Below the pieces are notes generated by a model, which was not told the origin of the DNA, ran no database searches, and saw only the letters and a program-made list of their open reading frames with translations. Source: Methanosuratincola petrocarbonis (GTDB taxonomy: Archaea > Thermoproteota > Methanomethylicia > Methanomethylicales > Methanomethylicaceae). From it: 64,000 nt of DNA. Shown piece by piece: positions 1 to 10,232 of this stretch (position 1 is its first letter; each line of letters starts with the position of its first letter). The position numbers and the translations under genes were made by a program. The stretch is from contig CP130488.1 in NCBI GenBank assembly GCA_030522375.1, forward strand, positions 442 to 64,441, in the 5' to 3' direction.

Positions 1-1946
1 CCCTTTGAGAGCGGAGGGGACGGGTAGTACAGCAGCGCATTGTAGCTCAGGTTGGCGAAGCCTTCCACAGCCACGCCGTCTATCAGGAGGCTGATCCGGT
101 CCAAGTCGACCCCGTAATTGTCCCCGAATCCGGCATAGACCGAGTCGTTGTAAGGCACTATCATCGCCCTCTCCGGGTGGAAGTAGGATATCGTGGGCGG
201 GGTGAGGTCGACCGTGAACGCCCACGTAAACGCGTATGCGTTGCCAACCCCGTCGAAGACCTCGATTGTGGCGTTGTAAGTGCCCTCTGTGAAGTTGAAC
301 GGGGGTGAGAAGTCTATCGTCTCGCCGGTGCTCGTCGTCGCATCCCATGAATTGATCGTCAGGGCAGCGTGGGAAACCCCGGAAAGGGCGTCCGTGAAGT
401 TGGCCGAGACCCTCGGCCTGGGATCCCCAACATATGAACCATTCAGTGGCAGGTAGCCTGCGACTTCCGGCGGCGTCGTGTCCACAGCGAGCCTCAGCGC
501 GACCACGGCAGTGTTGCCCAGCACATCGCTGACTGTAGCCGTGAATGTGTGCCACCCGTCGTCGAGCGCGCCCGCCGTCGCGTTCACCCAAAGCCCCCTA
601 GGGGACGCTGCCCCGAGCGCTGGGCTGGTCGCCGTGCCGTCGACCCTCAGGACGACGCCCGACTGTGACACCTCCGAGACTGCATCCCTCACGAGGATCC
701 CCACCGTCGGCGTCGGGTCGCCCGTGAATGCCCCTTCCCTCGGCTCGGAATAGGCTAAGTAGGGAGGGTCGCCGTCGGCGGTGTACTCCCCCATCCTGTC
801 GACCTCCAGAGCCAGGGTTCCCGATGTGGCATCCCAAGACAGGGATCTGACTGGTCCGCCCGAGCTCTGACCAGTCCTGACGGCTGGGCTCCCGTCGAAA
901 AGCACTCCGGGCTGGTTCTGGAAGATGAGCCCATACATGCTTATGTTGGCTGGGGCATCAAGCGCCGGGAGGGCCGAGACATTGACCCCTACCGTCCCCG
1001 CGCCGATCCGGATGTGCTCGTTCAACCCGAAAAGCGAATTCGCCGTTACCGGGTCGCAGAGGTTCAGGGCGCCGGCATATGCTATCCTCGCAACCGGATC
1101 GCTCCCACTGAAGAACTCGAGCACGATTCCTGAAGCGTTTGTGAAGTCCCTTATCCCCCTCCAGTCTGTGGTCGCGCCCCCGAGCCTGGCGTCATAGTCT
1201 GCCGGCTGGAAGTTGAGTACTGCCGTGAAGGACGTAGAGTTCAAGGTGATTGTCGGTCCAGCGGGGACTTTAATGTGTATGGGAGTCGAGAATATGCCCT
1301 TGGAGAGGAACCCTGATGGCACCGTGCGGTTCACCAAGAATGCGTACCAGCCCGATCCGTCGGGATTTGTCCCGTTCGCCCAAGTCCCGTTCCCAGCCGG
1401 CGAGAGGCTCAGCGTCCCGTACCCGAGCCAGCCAAGGTCGATCTCGGCGGACACGTGGTCGTTCGGCGCCGAGATGTTCACGATCATGCTCAAGACAGAG
1501 CCATTGAAGTAGTAGTAGGTGGGGACTTGGGTAGATAACTGCTCGCCGGTCTTTGAGACGGCGTAGCATGAGACCCTTCCGAACGGCTGGACCAGCCTGA
1601 AGGCTGCCTGGGCAGTGCCAGCCGTCCCATTCGCGGTGATGTTGTAGGATCCTGTGGGGAGCCCGACCGTGGAGACGTTGACAGTCAACGTCCCGGAAGA
1701 CCCGATGACGAGTGAGTCATTCCTGAACACCTCGCCTGAAGGTCCTGCGACCGCGACCGAGACGAACGATGGGGGCCCTGACACGCTTATGGAGACTGTC
1801 TCCCCCGCTGAGTAGAGGGAGGTGTCTGAATCGACCGTGATCGTCAGCCCGGCTGACAAGACCGAGGGAGAAGCGCAGAGTATGAGCGCGGTTAATAGGA
1901 GAGCTGCGGCAGCCCCCTTAAAAATTCTCAAAACTTTACACCACAA
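1..1946 (-). CDS. Large secreted cell-surface protein, 5'-partial in window (C-terminus lies beyond position 1). It has an N-terminal signal peptide and repeated Ig-like ~95-aa modules ending in VDxTPP. The start is probably a TTG at 1944-1946 or 1929-1931.
   Basis: Reverse-strand translation is open from ~1946 to position 1 with no stop. The N-terminus reads (M)WCKVLRIFKGAAAALLLTALILCASPSVLSAG, a signal-peptide-like sequence. The body contains repeated motifs AVDTTPPEV, TVDLTPPTI and 'DALSGVSH', as in the 51775-56877 protein, plus many N-x-S/T sequons. It is absent from the ORF track only because it runs off the window edge. Confidence 0.7.
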   Translation of the reverse strand, partial: MWCKVLRIFKGAAAALLLTALILCASPSVLSAGLTITVDSDTSLYSAGETVSISVSGPPSFVSVAVAGPSGEVFRNDSLVIGSSGTLTVNVSTVGLPTGSYNITANGTAGTAQAAFRLVQPFGRVSCYAVSKTGEQLSTQVPTYYYFNGSVLSMIVNISAPNDHVSAEIDLGWLGYGTLSLSPAGNGTWANGTNPDGSGWYAFLVNRTVPSGFLSKGIFSTPIHIKVPAGPTITLNSTSFTAVLNFQPADYDARLGGATTDWRGIRDFTNASGIVLEFFSGSDPVARIAYAGALNLCDPVTANSLFGLNEHIRIGAGTVGVNVSALPALDAPANISMYGLIFQNQPGVLFDGSPAVRTGQSSGGPVRSLSWDATSGTLALEVDRMGEYTADGDPPYLAYSEPREGAFTGDPTPTVGILVRDAVSEVSQSGVVLRVDGTATSPALGAASPRGLWVNATAGALDDGWHTFTATVSDVLGNTAVVALRLAVDTTPPEVAGYLPLNGSYVGDPRPRVSANFTDALSGVSHAALTINSWDATTSTGETIDFSPPFNFTEGTYNATIEVFDGVGNAYAFTWAFTVDLTPPTISYFHPERAMIVPYNDSVYAGFGDNYGVDLDRISLLIDGVAVEGFANLSYNALLYYPSPPLSK

Positions 1947-2057
1947 AATAACAATTTGGTATTAATCTCTTTATACTTATCTGAAATTAGCAAAACTTGG
2001 AGGTCCAGACCTATTAAAGATGGTTTATGCGGGACTGGTCGCATGAGGGGGATTTGG

Positions 2058-2882
2058 TCAGCCGCCCCTGGTGAGGAGTTCTTCCCTGTTGAAGTGCCTG
2101 ATCCCCAAGACCAGCACTACCGCATTAACCAGCGCGAACAACCCTATCATGAGGAGTATCATAAGCGGCCCGAAGACTATTGCGCCGCCGACCTCTGCGA
2201 AGACGAGCGCCAAGACTGGCGCGATCAGGATGGCGCTCATCTGCTGCGCCTCCCTGTAGCCCTTTACACGGAGCGAAATTATGACCGTGACCCCTATGCC
2301 CGCCAAGGCCACGAGCGGGGTGACTCCGAATATGAAGAGCATCCAGAGCGTATTGGGTAGCAGCAACTCCCCCCCGAAGTGGAGGACCGACGCAAGGTCC
2401 ACGACCAGGCAGTAGACCGCAAAGGAGGCGAAGGTAACGAGGATCGACGGTATGAACGAGACGAGAACCTTCCCCAGAAGCAGCTCCCCGTCCTTGAGCG
2501 GCGTAGCGAGCAGCGCCTCAAGGGTCTTCCTGTCCTTCTCGCCCGCAAAGCTGTCTGAGGCGAGGACGCTGGAGGCCATGATGGGTATTATGAGGAAGAA
2601 CGGGGCGAAGAAGTAGAGGGCGAATACGTAGACCATCGCCTCCTCCGCGCCCATCCCCGCTACCGCTGCCCTGACCTCCGGGGGGAGGTTCTCGAACATT
2701 GGTCCGATGAGCTGGAAAGCCGTGCCTGGCACCCCGACCACTGAGGGGACTAGGACTAGGATCAGCGGCAGCACGGTGGTGAAGACCAGGGGAACGAATA
2801 TGATCGGCGCCAGGACCTGGTAGTTCCTCCTGATCTCCTTCCAGTCCTTCCGGAATACCAGCATCGCGTTCCCGAAATTCAC
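2058..2882 (-). CDS. ABC-2 family transporter permease, a polytopic membrane protein.
   Basis: The 274-aa ORF is hydrophobic with multiple predicted TM helices. It is translationally coupled to the upstream ABC ATPase (start overlaps stop at 2879-2882). Confidence 0.7.
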   Translation of the reverse strand: MNFGNAMLVFRKDWKEIRRNYQVLAPIIFVPLVFTTVLPLILVLVPSVVGVPGTAFQLIGPMFENLPPEVRAAVAGMGAEEAMVYVFALYFFAPFFLIIPIMASSVLASDSFAGEKDRKTLEALLATPLKDGELLLGKVLVSFIPSILVTFASFAVYCLVVDLASVLHFGGELLLPNTLWMLFIFGVTPLVALAGIGVTVIISLRVKGYREAQQMSAILIAPVLALVFAEVGGAIVFGPLMILLMIGLFALVNAVVLVLGIRHFNREELLTRGG

Positions 2883-3818
2883 CCGCGCATCCCCTCAACT
2901 AACCTCAAGTAGGTCTCCTCGAGGGACGGCAGGAACGGCCTCACTGAGAGGACCTGGCCGCCCTCCTCGACGATCCTCCTGACAATGTCCGGGGTGATCA
3001 GCCCGGGATCCCCGGTACTGACGACCAGCTCCCCTCCATCCGCCTCGACCCCGGAGACGCCTGGGACGCCCTCGATCGAACCCACGAAGTCGGAGGCATC
3101 CCCCAGGACCCTGATCTCCACCTTTGCCTCCCCCGCAACCCTCCTCCTGAGCTCCTCAGGCGTGCCCGCGACCTTCAGCTCCCCCCTCAGTATTATCCCT
3201 ACCCTGTTGCAGATCCTCTCTGCATCCTCGAGCCGGTGGGTGGATATCATAATCGTCCTCCTCTCTATCCTGCTCAGCTTGAGTATGAGATCACGGATTA
3301 GCTTCGACGACTCGGGGTCCAGCCCTGACGTCGGCTCGTCCAGGAAGAGCACCGGAGGATCGTGAATGATCGCCCGGGCAATGGCGAGCTTTTGCTTCAT
3401 GCCCTTGGAGAAGACGGAGACCTTCTCCCCCCCTCCTCTCCCAAAGGTCGAAGAACTCGAGCAGCTCCCTTATCCTGGAGTGGATCCTTGCAGCGTTCCC
3501 CATCCCGTAAGCCTTGGCAAAGAACTCGAGGTTCTCCGACGCGGTCAGGCGCTCATAGAGGCTGGGGCTTTCGGTCTGTACGCCCACCAATGCCCTCACT
3601 GCCGAAGGGTCTCTGTTGATATCCTTCCCGAGGATCTCGGCCGTTCCCGAGGTGGGGGATATGATGCACGTGAGCATCCTGATCGTCGTGGTCTTGCCAG
3701 CGCCGTTCGGCCCGAGCAGTCCGAAGACCTCGCCCTCCTGAACCTCCAGGCTGAGCCCGTTCACTGCGGTGAAGGAGTTGAATTTCTTCGTTAGGCTCTG
3801 GGCAACGATCGCACTCAT
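2879..3818 (-). pseudogene. ABC transporter ATP-binding protein (ABC-2/NosF-like) split into two ORFs (3291-3818 and 2879-3400) by a +1 frameshift in a G7 homopolymer (C7 on + strand at 3427-3433).
   Basis: The upstream ORF has a Walker A motif GPNGAGKTT. The downstream ORF carries the ABC signature region (SKGMKQKLAIARAI) and Walker B (VLFLDEPTSGLD). Deleting one G from the run restores the continuous reading ...FDLWERRGEKVSVFSKGMKQKLAIARA..., matching ABC-2 ATPases. This is either a sequencing artefact or a genuine frameshift. Confidence 0.75.
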
Positions 3819-4045
3819 AACAGACCATTAAAAACGATATTACTCGTCAGAATTCTTAACTCTATTGGATTAAAACCCCGATGGTCTAGTTATATGATGT
3901 CGGATTGGGTTTACGCTGAAAGAACCAAAGCGCGCCTCGGCAGCTCGCGAAACCTAATGCCCGCCGTTACTGTGCCCATCAATCATGGCAAGCTTAAAAA
4001 GCAATATTCCTGTGCATACGGTTTTGTGAAGCGAAGTGGAGTGGT

Positions 4046-5362
4046 GTGGTCGGCGTGAGGTCTTGGGTTCTCTCCGAGTTGGCGATGGCGCTCCTCGCAG
4101 TGCTCTCGATACTCCTACTGCTGGTCGACTTTACCTTCCCCCTTGAGCCAGGATGGAGGCAACTCGTTTACCTCGCAGATCTACTGATATGCATCGTCTT
4201 CGCGGTCGACTTCGCCTTAGAGCTCAGGTCCGAAAAGGACAAGCTGGGGTACCTGAAGTGGCACTGGATCGACCTTCTGGCTATCGTGCCAGCCTATGCC
4301 TTTGTCTTTTTCGAGACCATCACGATCATAGGTGCCGGTCTGCGCTCCTTGCGGTTCATCAGGCTGGCTAGGTTCGTCGCAGTCGTGCTCAGGATGAGGA
4401 GGAGCAAAATGCTGTTGAGCGGGGAGAAGCCATCGAAGCGGAGCCTCCTGACTTACGCCTCAGCCGCAAGTCTCGTTTCGGTCTTATATTTGATATTCCT
4501 TCCAGAACTCGAGTCCCCACCCTACGGACAGTACTTAATCGAATCCATCCTCTCCATTCTAATCCTGCTGGTCGCCCTGGTACTCTCGGAGATAATCTAC
4601 GTCCTCCTGGTTTCAAAGATCGATGACCTCCATTCGAGGGTTTCCGTCGGGAGGCTTGTCAAGGTGTTATTCATCCTCCTGGCGATTGCCGCAATAATCT
4701 CCTTCATATTCAAAGAGCTGATCATCTTTGTGACCTCCTTTGGCATCATAGGTCTCATCCTCTCGTACTCGCTTGCCCCGGTGATATCGAACTTCTTCGC
4801 CTGGGTCTACATCAACGTCAGGAAGACCTATATGATCGGCGACAGCGTGAAGATAGGAGACGTCAGGGGGATAGTCACAGACATCGGATATCTCATGACT
4901 ACCCTGGTTGAGATAGGGGATGAGTCCTCCTTCTGGTCTGTGACCGGCAGGATGCTCATCATTCCCAACTCGACCGTCCTATCCGAAATAGTGGCAGTCT
5001 ACGGCAGCCGCCTCTCCCCTGTCAGAGTAGGCTCGGTGACCTTCAACCTCGCCTATGAGAGCGACCTCGGCGCGGTGAAGGAGATCTTAGTGAGGTGCGT
5101 CAGCGAGTACATCCGACCAGAGGTCGAAAGCATGCTAAAGGCGTGCGAGTCGAGCAACTGTGCTCCCATGTTCAGGAACCTCATCGAGGCGGGGCCACGG
5201 GTCATTTTCACGCCAGAGGCGAGCTGGATCAACGTTACGGTCCTCTACCCGTACCCTCCGTCGAAGCTGGTCAGGTCGATGAGCGATCTCACCGAGATCA
5301 TACTGAAGGAAATGAACAAGAACCCGGAGGTCGTGAAGTTCCCGATCGGCAGGAGCCGGTAA
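4046..5362 (+). CDS. MscS-family mechanosensitive channel with an N-terminal voltage-sensor-like (S1-S4 type) domain.
   Basis: The C-terminal half has the MscS beta-domain signature (IGDSVKIGDVRGIVTDIGYLMTTLVEIGDES...MLIIPNSTVLSEIV). The N-terminus has 4 TM segments, the last with regularly spaced basic residues LRSLRFIRLARFVAVVLRMRR, typical of an S4 helix. The true start may be the internal ATG near 4085. Confidence 0.65.
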   Translation: MVGVRSWVLSELAMALLAVLSILLLLVDFTFPLEPGWRQLVYLADLLICIVFAVDFALELRSEKDKLGYLKWHWIDLLAIVPAYAFVFFETITIIGAGLRSLRFIRLARFVAVVLRMRRSKMLLSGEKPSKRSLLTYASAASLVSVLYLIFLPELESPPYGQYLIESILSILILLVALVLSEIIYVLLVSKIDDLHSRVSVGRLVKVLFILLAIAAIISFIFKELIIFVTSFGIIGLILSYSLAPVISNFFAWVYINVRKTYMIGDSVKIGDVRGIVTDIGYLMTTLVEIGDESSFWSVTGRMLIIPNSTVLSEIVAVYGSRLSPVRVGSVTFNLAYESDLGAVKEILVRCVSEYIRPEVESMLKACESSNCAPMFRNLIEAGPRVIFTPEASWINVTVLYPYPPSKLVRSMSDLTEIILKEMNKNPEVVKFPIGRSR

Positions 5363-5449
5363 CCTCCCCTTCTTCCTCCCTCCAATCGCTCCCAAGCCGC
5401 GATAGAGTTAAAACTTCTCTCTCCACCACTACCTCTGTGGAATCCGCCT

Positions 5450-6523
5450 ATGAAGATCGCTGTGATCCTCGGAACCAGGCCCGAGATTATCAAGATGTCG
5501 CCGATCATAAGGGAGCTGGAGAAGAGGGAAATCGATCACTTTGTGCTACACACTGGGCAGCACTACTCGCATAACATGGACGGAGTCTTCTTCGAGGTTC
5601 TCAAGCTGAGCCCGCCGAAATACAACCTGGGAGTCGGATCCGGGACGCACGGCGAGGAGACTGGAAGGATGCTGATCGGTATCGAAAAAATCCTCGCTGA
5701 GGAGAAGCCCAGGTGCGTTCTAGTGGAGGGTGACACAAACACTGTACTCGCGGGAGCTTTGGCTGCCGCCAAGATGCATATCAAAGTCGGGCACGTCGAG
5801 GCGGGGCTGAGGAGCGGTGACATGTCGATGCCGGAGGAGGTGAACCGTATCGTGGCTGACCACATCTCTGACTATCTGTTCGCCCCGACCCAAGTCTCAG
5901 CGCAAAACCTGATCGGTGAAGGCATCGATATCAAGAAGATAGCAGTTACTGGGAACACCGTTGTGGATGCAGTGCAGCAGAGCCTCTTTCTGGTCGCGGG
6001 GAAGGATCCCAAGTCGATATTCGGATTGGACCGTTACTTGCTGGCGACCATCCACCGGCAGGAGAACGCCGACAACCCTATGAGACTGAGGAAGATCATA
6101 GAGGGGCTCAATCTCGTTTCCGAAGAACTCGGTCTGGAAGTGGTATACCCTGCCCACCCGCGTGCACGGAAAAGGCTTAACGATTTCGGGATACCTCTCG
6201 GGGGCAGGATAAGGGCGATCGACCCTGTGGACTACCTGGGATTCCTGGCTTTGGAAAAGGGCGCAGAGCTCATAATGACCGACTCTGGCGGCGTGCAGGA
6301 GGAGGCGTGCATCTTGGGTGTGCCTTGCGTCACCCTGAGGGACAACACTGAGCGCCCGGAGACTCTAGCGGTAGGCGCCAATATCCTTGCGGGTGCAGAC
6401 CCTTTGAGGATGCTCGAATGCGCGAGGGCAATGCTGCCCAGGAGGGGAGGCTGGGATAACCCCTACGGGGACGGGAGGTCAGCTGAGAGGATAGTCGGTA
6501 TTTTGGAAAATCAATACGCTTAG
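5450..6523 (+). CDS. wecB: UDP-N-acetylglucosamine 2-epimerase (non-hydrolysing).
   Basis: The sequence reads MKIAVILGTRPEIIKMSPI...HTGQHYSHNM...NLGVGSGTHGE...TNTVLAGALAAAKM, which are canonical WecB/MnaA motifs. Confidence 0.85.
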   Translation: MKIAVILGTRPEIIKMSPIIRELEKREIDHFVLHTGQHYSHNMDGVFFEVLKLSPPKYNLGVGSGTHGEETGRMLIGIEKILAEEKPRCVLVEGDTNTVLAGALAAAKMHIKVGHVEAGLRSGDMSMPEEVNRIVADHISDYLFAPTQVSAQNLIGEGIDIKKIAVTGNTVVDAVQQSLFLVAGKDPKSIFGLDRYLLATIHRQENADNPMRLRKIIEGLNLVSEELGLEVVYPAHPRARKRLNDFGIPLGGRIRAIDPVDYLGFLALEKGAELIMTDSGGVQEEACILGVPCVTLRDNTERPETLAVGANILAGADPLRMLECARAMLPRRGGWDNPYGDGRSAERIVGILENQYA

Positions 6524-6612
6524 CTTTGATGGGTTGAGGAAGCGAATAAACAGACTGGTGCCTAAACCCCTCAACCATAAGGTGAGGGTGTCAGTTGCAC
6601 TATTCGCCACAT

Positions 6613-7542
6613 TCATACCCTTGCCTTGTAGTACTCGATCGTCCTCCTTATCCCCTCGCGCAGCGGGACCCTGGCCCTGAAGCCCAGCCTTTCGGCTGCC
6701 TTGGTTGTGTCTGCGAGCGTGCGCCTGACATAGTTCCTGATCGGGTTCTCTACGTAGGTCGCCTTAATATCGACCCCCAGCTCCTCAGCGAGGATCTCGA
6801 CGACCCGGTTGAATGTGGTTTCCACCCCTGTCCCTACATTGAACACCTCCCCGCCCGCGCGGTCTGCATTTTCAATCGCCAGGAGGTTGGCTTCCACCAC
6901 ATCTTCCACGAATACAAAGTCCCTGGTCTGCGTCCCGTCGCCGTAGATGACTGGGCGCCTCCCCTTCATAATCTCCCAGGCGAACTGGGATATGTTGTTC
7001 GCGTACTTCCCCTTGAACTCTTCCCTCGGGCCGTAGACGCTGAAGTACCTAAGCCCGACTGCCCTTACCCCGTATAGCTCACGGTAGAGCCTAGCAGCCA
7101 TCTCCCTTGCCAGGAAAGAGTACTCGTAGAATGACCCTGGGACAACGTGCATATCCTCCCTGTGCGGGGGATCGCACCTGCTGTAAAGCGACGATGTCGA
7201 GGCGTACACGATGGGGAGGTCCCGCTTCCTGGCAGCCTCGAGGGCGTTAATGAACCCCATCACGTTGACCTCCACGCCTTCCCTCGGGTCCGGGTAGAAC
7301 ATCGGCGAGGAGCTCCTGGCGGCGTCGAAGAAGACCCCATCCGCCCTGCTGAACGCCCCCTCAAGGAGAGCCCTGTCCCTCACATCCCCTCTGATGAAAC
7401 TCATCCTCCCGCTCTCGGGCAGGTTATTCGGCTTCCCCAGGCTCGTGTCGTCGATGACCTCCACCTCGTCCCCTCTGGCGATGAGCCTCCAGACGATGTT
7501 CGAACCTATGAAGCCCGCCCCTCCAGTGACAAGAAACCTCAT
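6613..7542 (-). CDS. NAD-dependent nucleotide-sugar epimerase/dehydratase (short-chain dehydrogenase/reductase fold; UDP-hexose 4-epimerase-like).
   Basis: The N-terminus MRFLVTGGAGFIGSN is a Rossmann motif. A YxxxK catalytic pair lies in YASTSSLYS...; length is 309 aa. Confidence 0.75.
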   Translation of the reverse strand: MRFLVTGGAGFIGSNIVWRLIARGDEVEVIDDTSLGKPNNLPESGRMSFIRGDVRDRALLEGAFSRADGVFFDAARSSSPMFYPDPREGVEVNVMGFINALEAARKRDLPIVYASTSSLYSRCDPPHREDMHVVPGSFYEYSFLAREMAARLYRELYGVRAVGLRYFSVYGPREEFKGKYANNISQFAWEIMKGRRPVIYGDGTQTRDFVFVEDVVEANLLAIENADRAGGEVFNVGTGVETTFNRVVEILAEELGVDIKATYVENPIRNYVRRTLADTTKAAERLGFRARVPLREGIRRTIEYYKARV

Positions 7543-7582
7543 GGCTATACGCTAACATCTAAAAAAATAAAAATGCTTCTGT

Positions 7583-10093
7583 TCACTCCCTGAGAATCCT
7601 GGGCTCGATCAGTTTCCTCGCCTCGACCACCAGGAAGGCGAAAGCTGAGAACCCCGCGACGTACGCCCACTGCTCGAGCCCGAGCGGGACGGCACCGAAC
7701 ACCCCGGGCACCGCATAGATCGCGAAGAGCTGGAGGATCAGCCCGAGCCCAACCCCTGCGTATGCATACGGGTTGATCTGGAAGCTCCTCCTTACGTTCT
7801 TGAGGAACGGCTCCCTCTCCTTCTGTGCCTGTATCCCGTTGAACCACTGCGCTGCCGCCACGGCTGTGAATGTTACTGCGACCGCTGACTCGTACCCGTA
7901 CTCGTATGACAGGTACCTGAAGAGCACGAGGGCTGCCACCCCGCCGATGATTCCGAAGAACCCGATCCTGAAGACCTGGAACCTGTCGAAGAACTGGTCC
8001 TTGGGCTTCCGCGGCCTGCGACCCATCACGTCGCCCTCCTCCTTGGCGAACGGGAAGAACTTGTCCTGGACCCCGTCGGCCACTATGTTGATCCACAGGA
8101 TCTGTATCGGGAGCAGCGGGATTGGGTACCCTGCGAAGACGGCGAGCGCAAGGAGCACTATCTGCATCATGTTGGTCGAGAGGAGGTAGTAGATCACCTT
8201 CCTGATGTTGTCCGCGATCACCCTCCCTATCTTTATCGCGTCTACTATCACACTCAGGTTGCTGTCCAGGATGACCATCTTAGCGACGCTCTTGGCAGCC
8301 TCGCTCCCGGATCCCATCGCGATCCCCAGGTCCGCGACCTTGAGCGCAGGGACGTCGTTGACACCGTCGCCAGTCACGGCGACTATCTCGTTCCTTTCCT
8401 GCAGCGTCTTGACTATCCTGTACTTGGTCTCGGGCAGCGCCCTCGCCACCACGGTGGCACTCTTGAGGGCTTCGTACAGCGCGCCCCCGTCCATCGCGTC
8501 CACCTCCGCCCCGGTGAGGACCCTGTCCCCCTCGCGCCATATGCCGACCGCCCCGGCGATCGCCTTAGCCGTGAGCGGGTGATCCCCAGTGATCATCATC
8601 ACCCTGATCCCAGCCCTCTTGGCGGTAGCCACCGCATCCCTCACCCCTTCCTTCGGCGGGTCTAGGAACCCGACGAGGGCGACAACCCTGACCCTCCACT
8701 CCTCAGGGGAATTCGAGGTCCACTCCCCGGCGGCTATCGCGATTATCCTTAGCCCCCTCGAGGCCATCCCTTCCTCCTCCTTGGCGAGCCTCTCTGCCTC
8801 GCCTGCGTCAACCGAGATCTTCCTGATCTCCTCGAACGCCCCCTTGACGAATAGGACTTTGGTTCCCCGCACCTCGTTTGCGGTTGCCATCATCCTCCTC
8901 TTAGTGTCGAATGGGAATGCCCATAGCCTCCTGTGCTCCTCCCTCAGCCTGCAGTACCCCTCGCCGACCCACTTGCTCAGCGCAAGGTCTATCGGATCCC
9001 CTGTCTCCCCGTCGGAGTCGTTGCAGAGGGCTGCCCCGAGCCTGGCGAGCTCATCGTCCAGCACTACCGCCTCCTTGACCTCGAGCTTCCCCTCAGTAAT
9101 CGTCCCTGTCTTGTCAGAGGCTATGACCGTGGCGCTCCCGAGCGTCTCTACCGATGGCAGGTACTTGGTGAGCGTCTTCCTGCGGCTCAGGTTCAACGCC
9201 CCTACGACCATCACGATCGTGATCACGAGCGGCAGGCCCTCGGGCACGGCTGAGACCATCTGGGCTACGAGGAGGTACGCAAGGTTCCCGAGCTCGCGCC
9301 CCTGCGTGTAACCGACTATCCCGACGGCAACGAATACGGCGATGAGCAGGAAGACATACCTCTTGAAGAACTCCCTCACCGCGCATGTCAAGGGGCTGTC
9401 CGGAGAGCTCTCCTTCGCCCTCTCGGCGATCGATGCGAGGTACGTCGCCCTGCCTGTCCTGCAGACGTATCCAGTGCCCGACCCCCTCACCACCGCGGTC
9501 CCTGAGAAGAGCATGTTCGCCATGTCGTATGGCGGGGTGGAAGGATCAAGTACTGCCGTCTCGTCCTTGGAGGCGGGGACCGACTCCCCGGTTATCGTCG
9601 CCTCGTCCACCATGAGCCCCTCGCTCTCGAATAGCCTTATGTCGGCACTGACGACGTCCCCCTCACTGACGACCACCACGTCGCCCGGGACCAGCTCGGA
9701 GGACGGCACCACTGCCTCCTCGCCTCCCCTGACGACCGTCGCCCTGCTCTCTGCCATCTTCTTCAGCGCGCGGATCGATGCCTCAGCCTTCATCTCCTGC
9801 CAGAACCCGAGCACCCCGTTCAGCATCACGATCGATACTATGACGAAGAAGTCCTCAGTCTTGTCTAACACAAGGGCGATCACCGATGCGACGATCAGCA
9901 CGTAGATCAGTATGCTCTTGAACTGCCTTGCGAAGACCCTGAGCCTGGACGGCTTCTCCTCCTCAATCAGATTCTTGCCGTATGCCGCGAGCCTCCTGGC
10001 TGCCTCCTCCCGGGTCAGTCCTGCCCGAGACGTCCCAAGGATCCGCTCTATCTCCTCGATCGGCGCCGCGTGGGGGTGCTCCAGAAGTTCCAT
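7583..10093 (-). CDS. Cation-transporting P-type ATPase (type IIA/IIB-like, Ca2+/Mg2+ class).
   Basis: The 836-aa protein has a DKTGTIT phosphorylation motif, TGDHPLTA, and a GDGVNDVPALKVADLGIAMG hinge motif. An N-terminal cation-ATPase-N-like region and 10 TM segments are also present. Confidence 0.85.
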   Translation of the reverse strand: MELLEHPHAAPIEEIERILGTSRAGLTREEAARRLAAYGKNLIEEEKPSRLRVFARQFKSILIYVLIVASVIALVLDKTEDFFVIVSIVMLNGVLGFWQEMKAEASIRALKKMAESRATVVRGGEEAVVPSSELVPGDVVVVSEGDVVSADIRLFESEGLMVDEATITGESVPASKDETAVLDPSTPPYDMANMLFSGTAVVRGSGTGYVCRTGRATYLASIAERAKESSPDSPLTCAVREFFKRYVFLLIAVFVAVGIVGYTQGRELGNLAYLLVAQMVSAVPEGLPLVITIVMVVGALNLSRRKTLTKYLPSVETLGSATVIASDKTGTITEGKLEVKEAVVLDDELARLGAALCNDSDGETGDPIDLALSKWVGEGYCRLREEHRRLWAFPFDTKRRMMATANEVRGTKVLFVKGAFEEIRKISVDAGEAERLAKEEEGMASRGLRIIAIAAGEWTSNSPEEWRVRVVALVGFLDPPKEGVRDAVATAKRAGIRVMMITGDHPLTAKAIAGAVGIWREGDRVLTGAEVDAMDGGALYEALKSATVVARALPETKYRIVKTLQERNEIVAVTGDGVNDVPALKVADLGIAMGSGSEAAKSVAKMVILDSNLSVIVDAIKIGRVIADNIRKVIYYLLSTNMMQIVLLALAVFAGYPIPLLPIQILWINIVADGVQDKFFPFAKEEGDVMGRRPRKPKDQFFDRFQVFRIGFFGIIGGVAALVLFRYLSYEYGYESAVAVTFTAVAAAQWFNGIQAQKEREPFLKNVRRSFQINPYAYAGVGLGLILQLFAIYAVPGVFGAVPLGLEQWAYVAGFSAFAFLVVEARKLIEPRILRE

Positions 10094-10232
10094 GCTAAGT
10101 ATTCAGGATTGCGGAGAAATATCTTTTTCCGAATCAGTGCAAAATATTAATTGAGGGCTCCCGATCTCGAATAAGCCTTGAAAAGAGCCCAAAAAGTAGC
10201 CAGCAGCTGAAGGAAAAAAGGGTGCTGAAAGG

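Noticed and set aside
2518-2898. Numerous 60-230-aa ORFs antisense to or overlapping clear genes (e.g. 2518-2898, 8280-8540, 19142-19846, 43564-44109, 36408-36941).
   Set aside because: They are Arg/Pro/Gly-rich, low-complexity translations typical of spurious open frames in high-GC DNA. Each overlaps a well-supported gene on the opposite strand or another frame.
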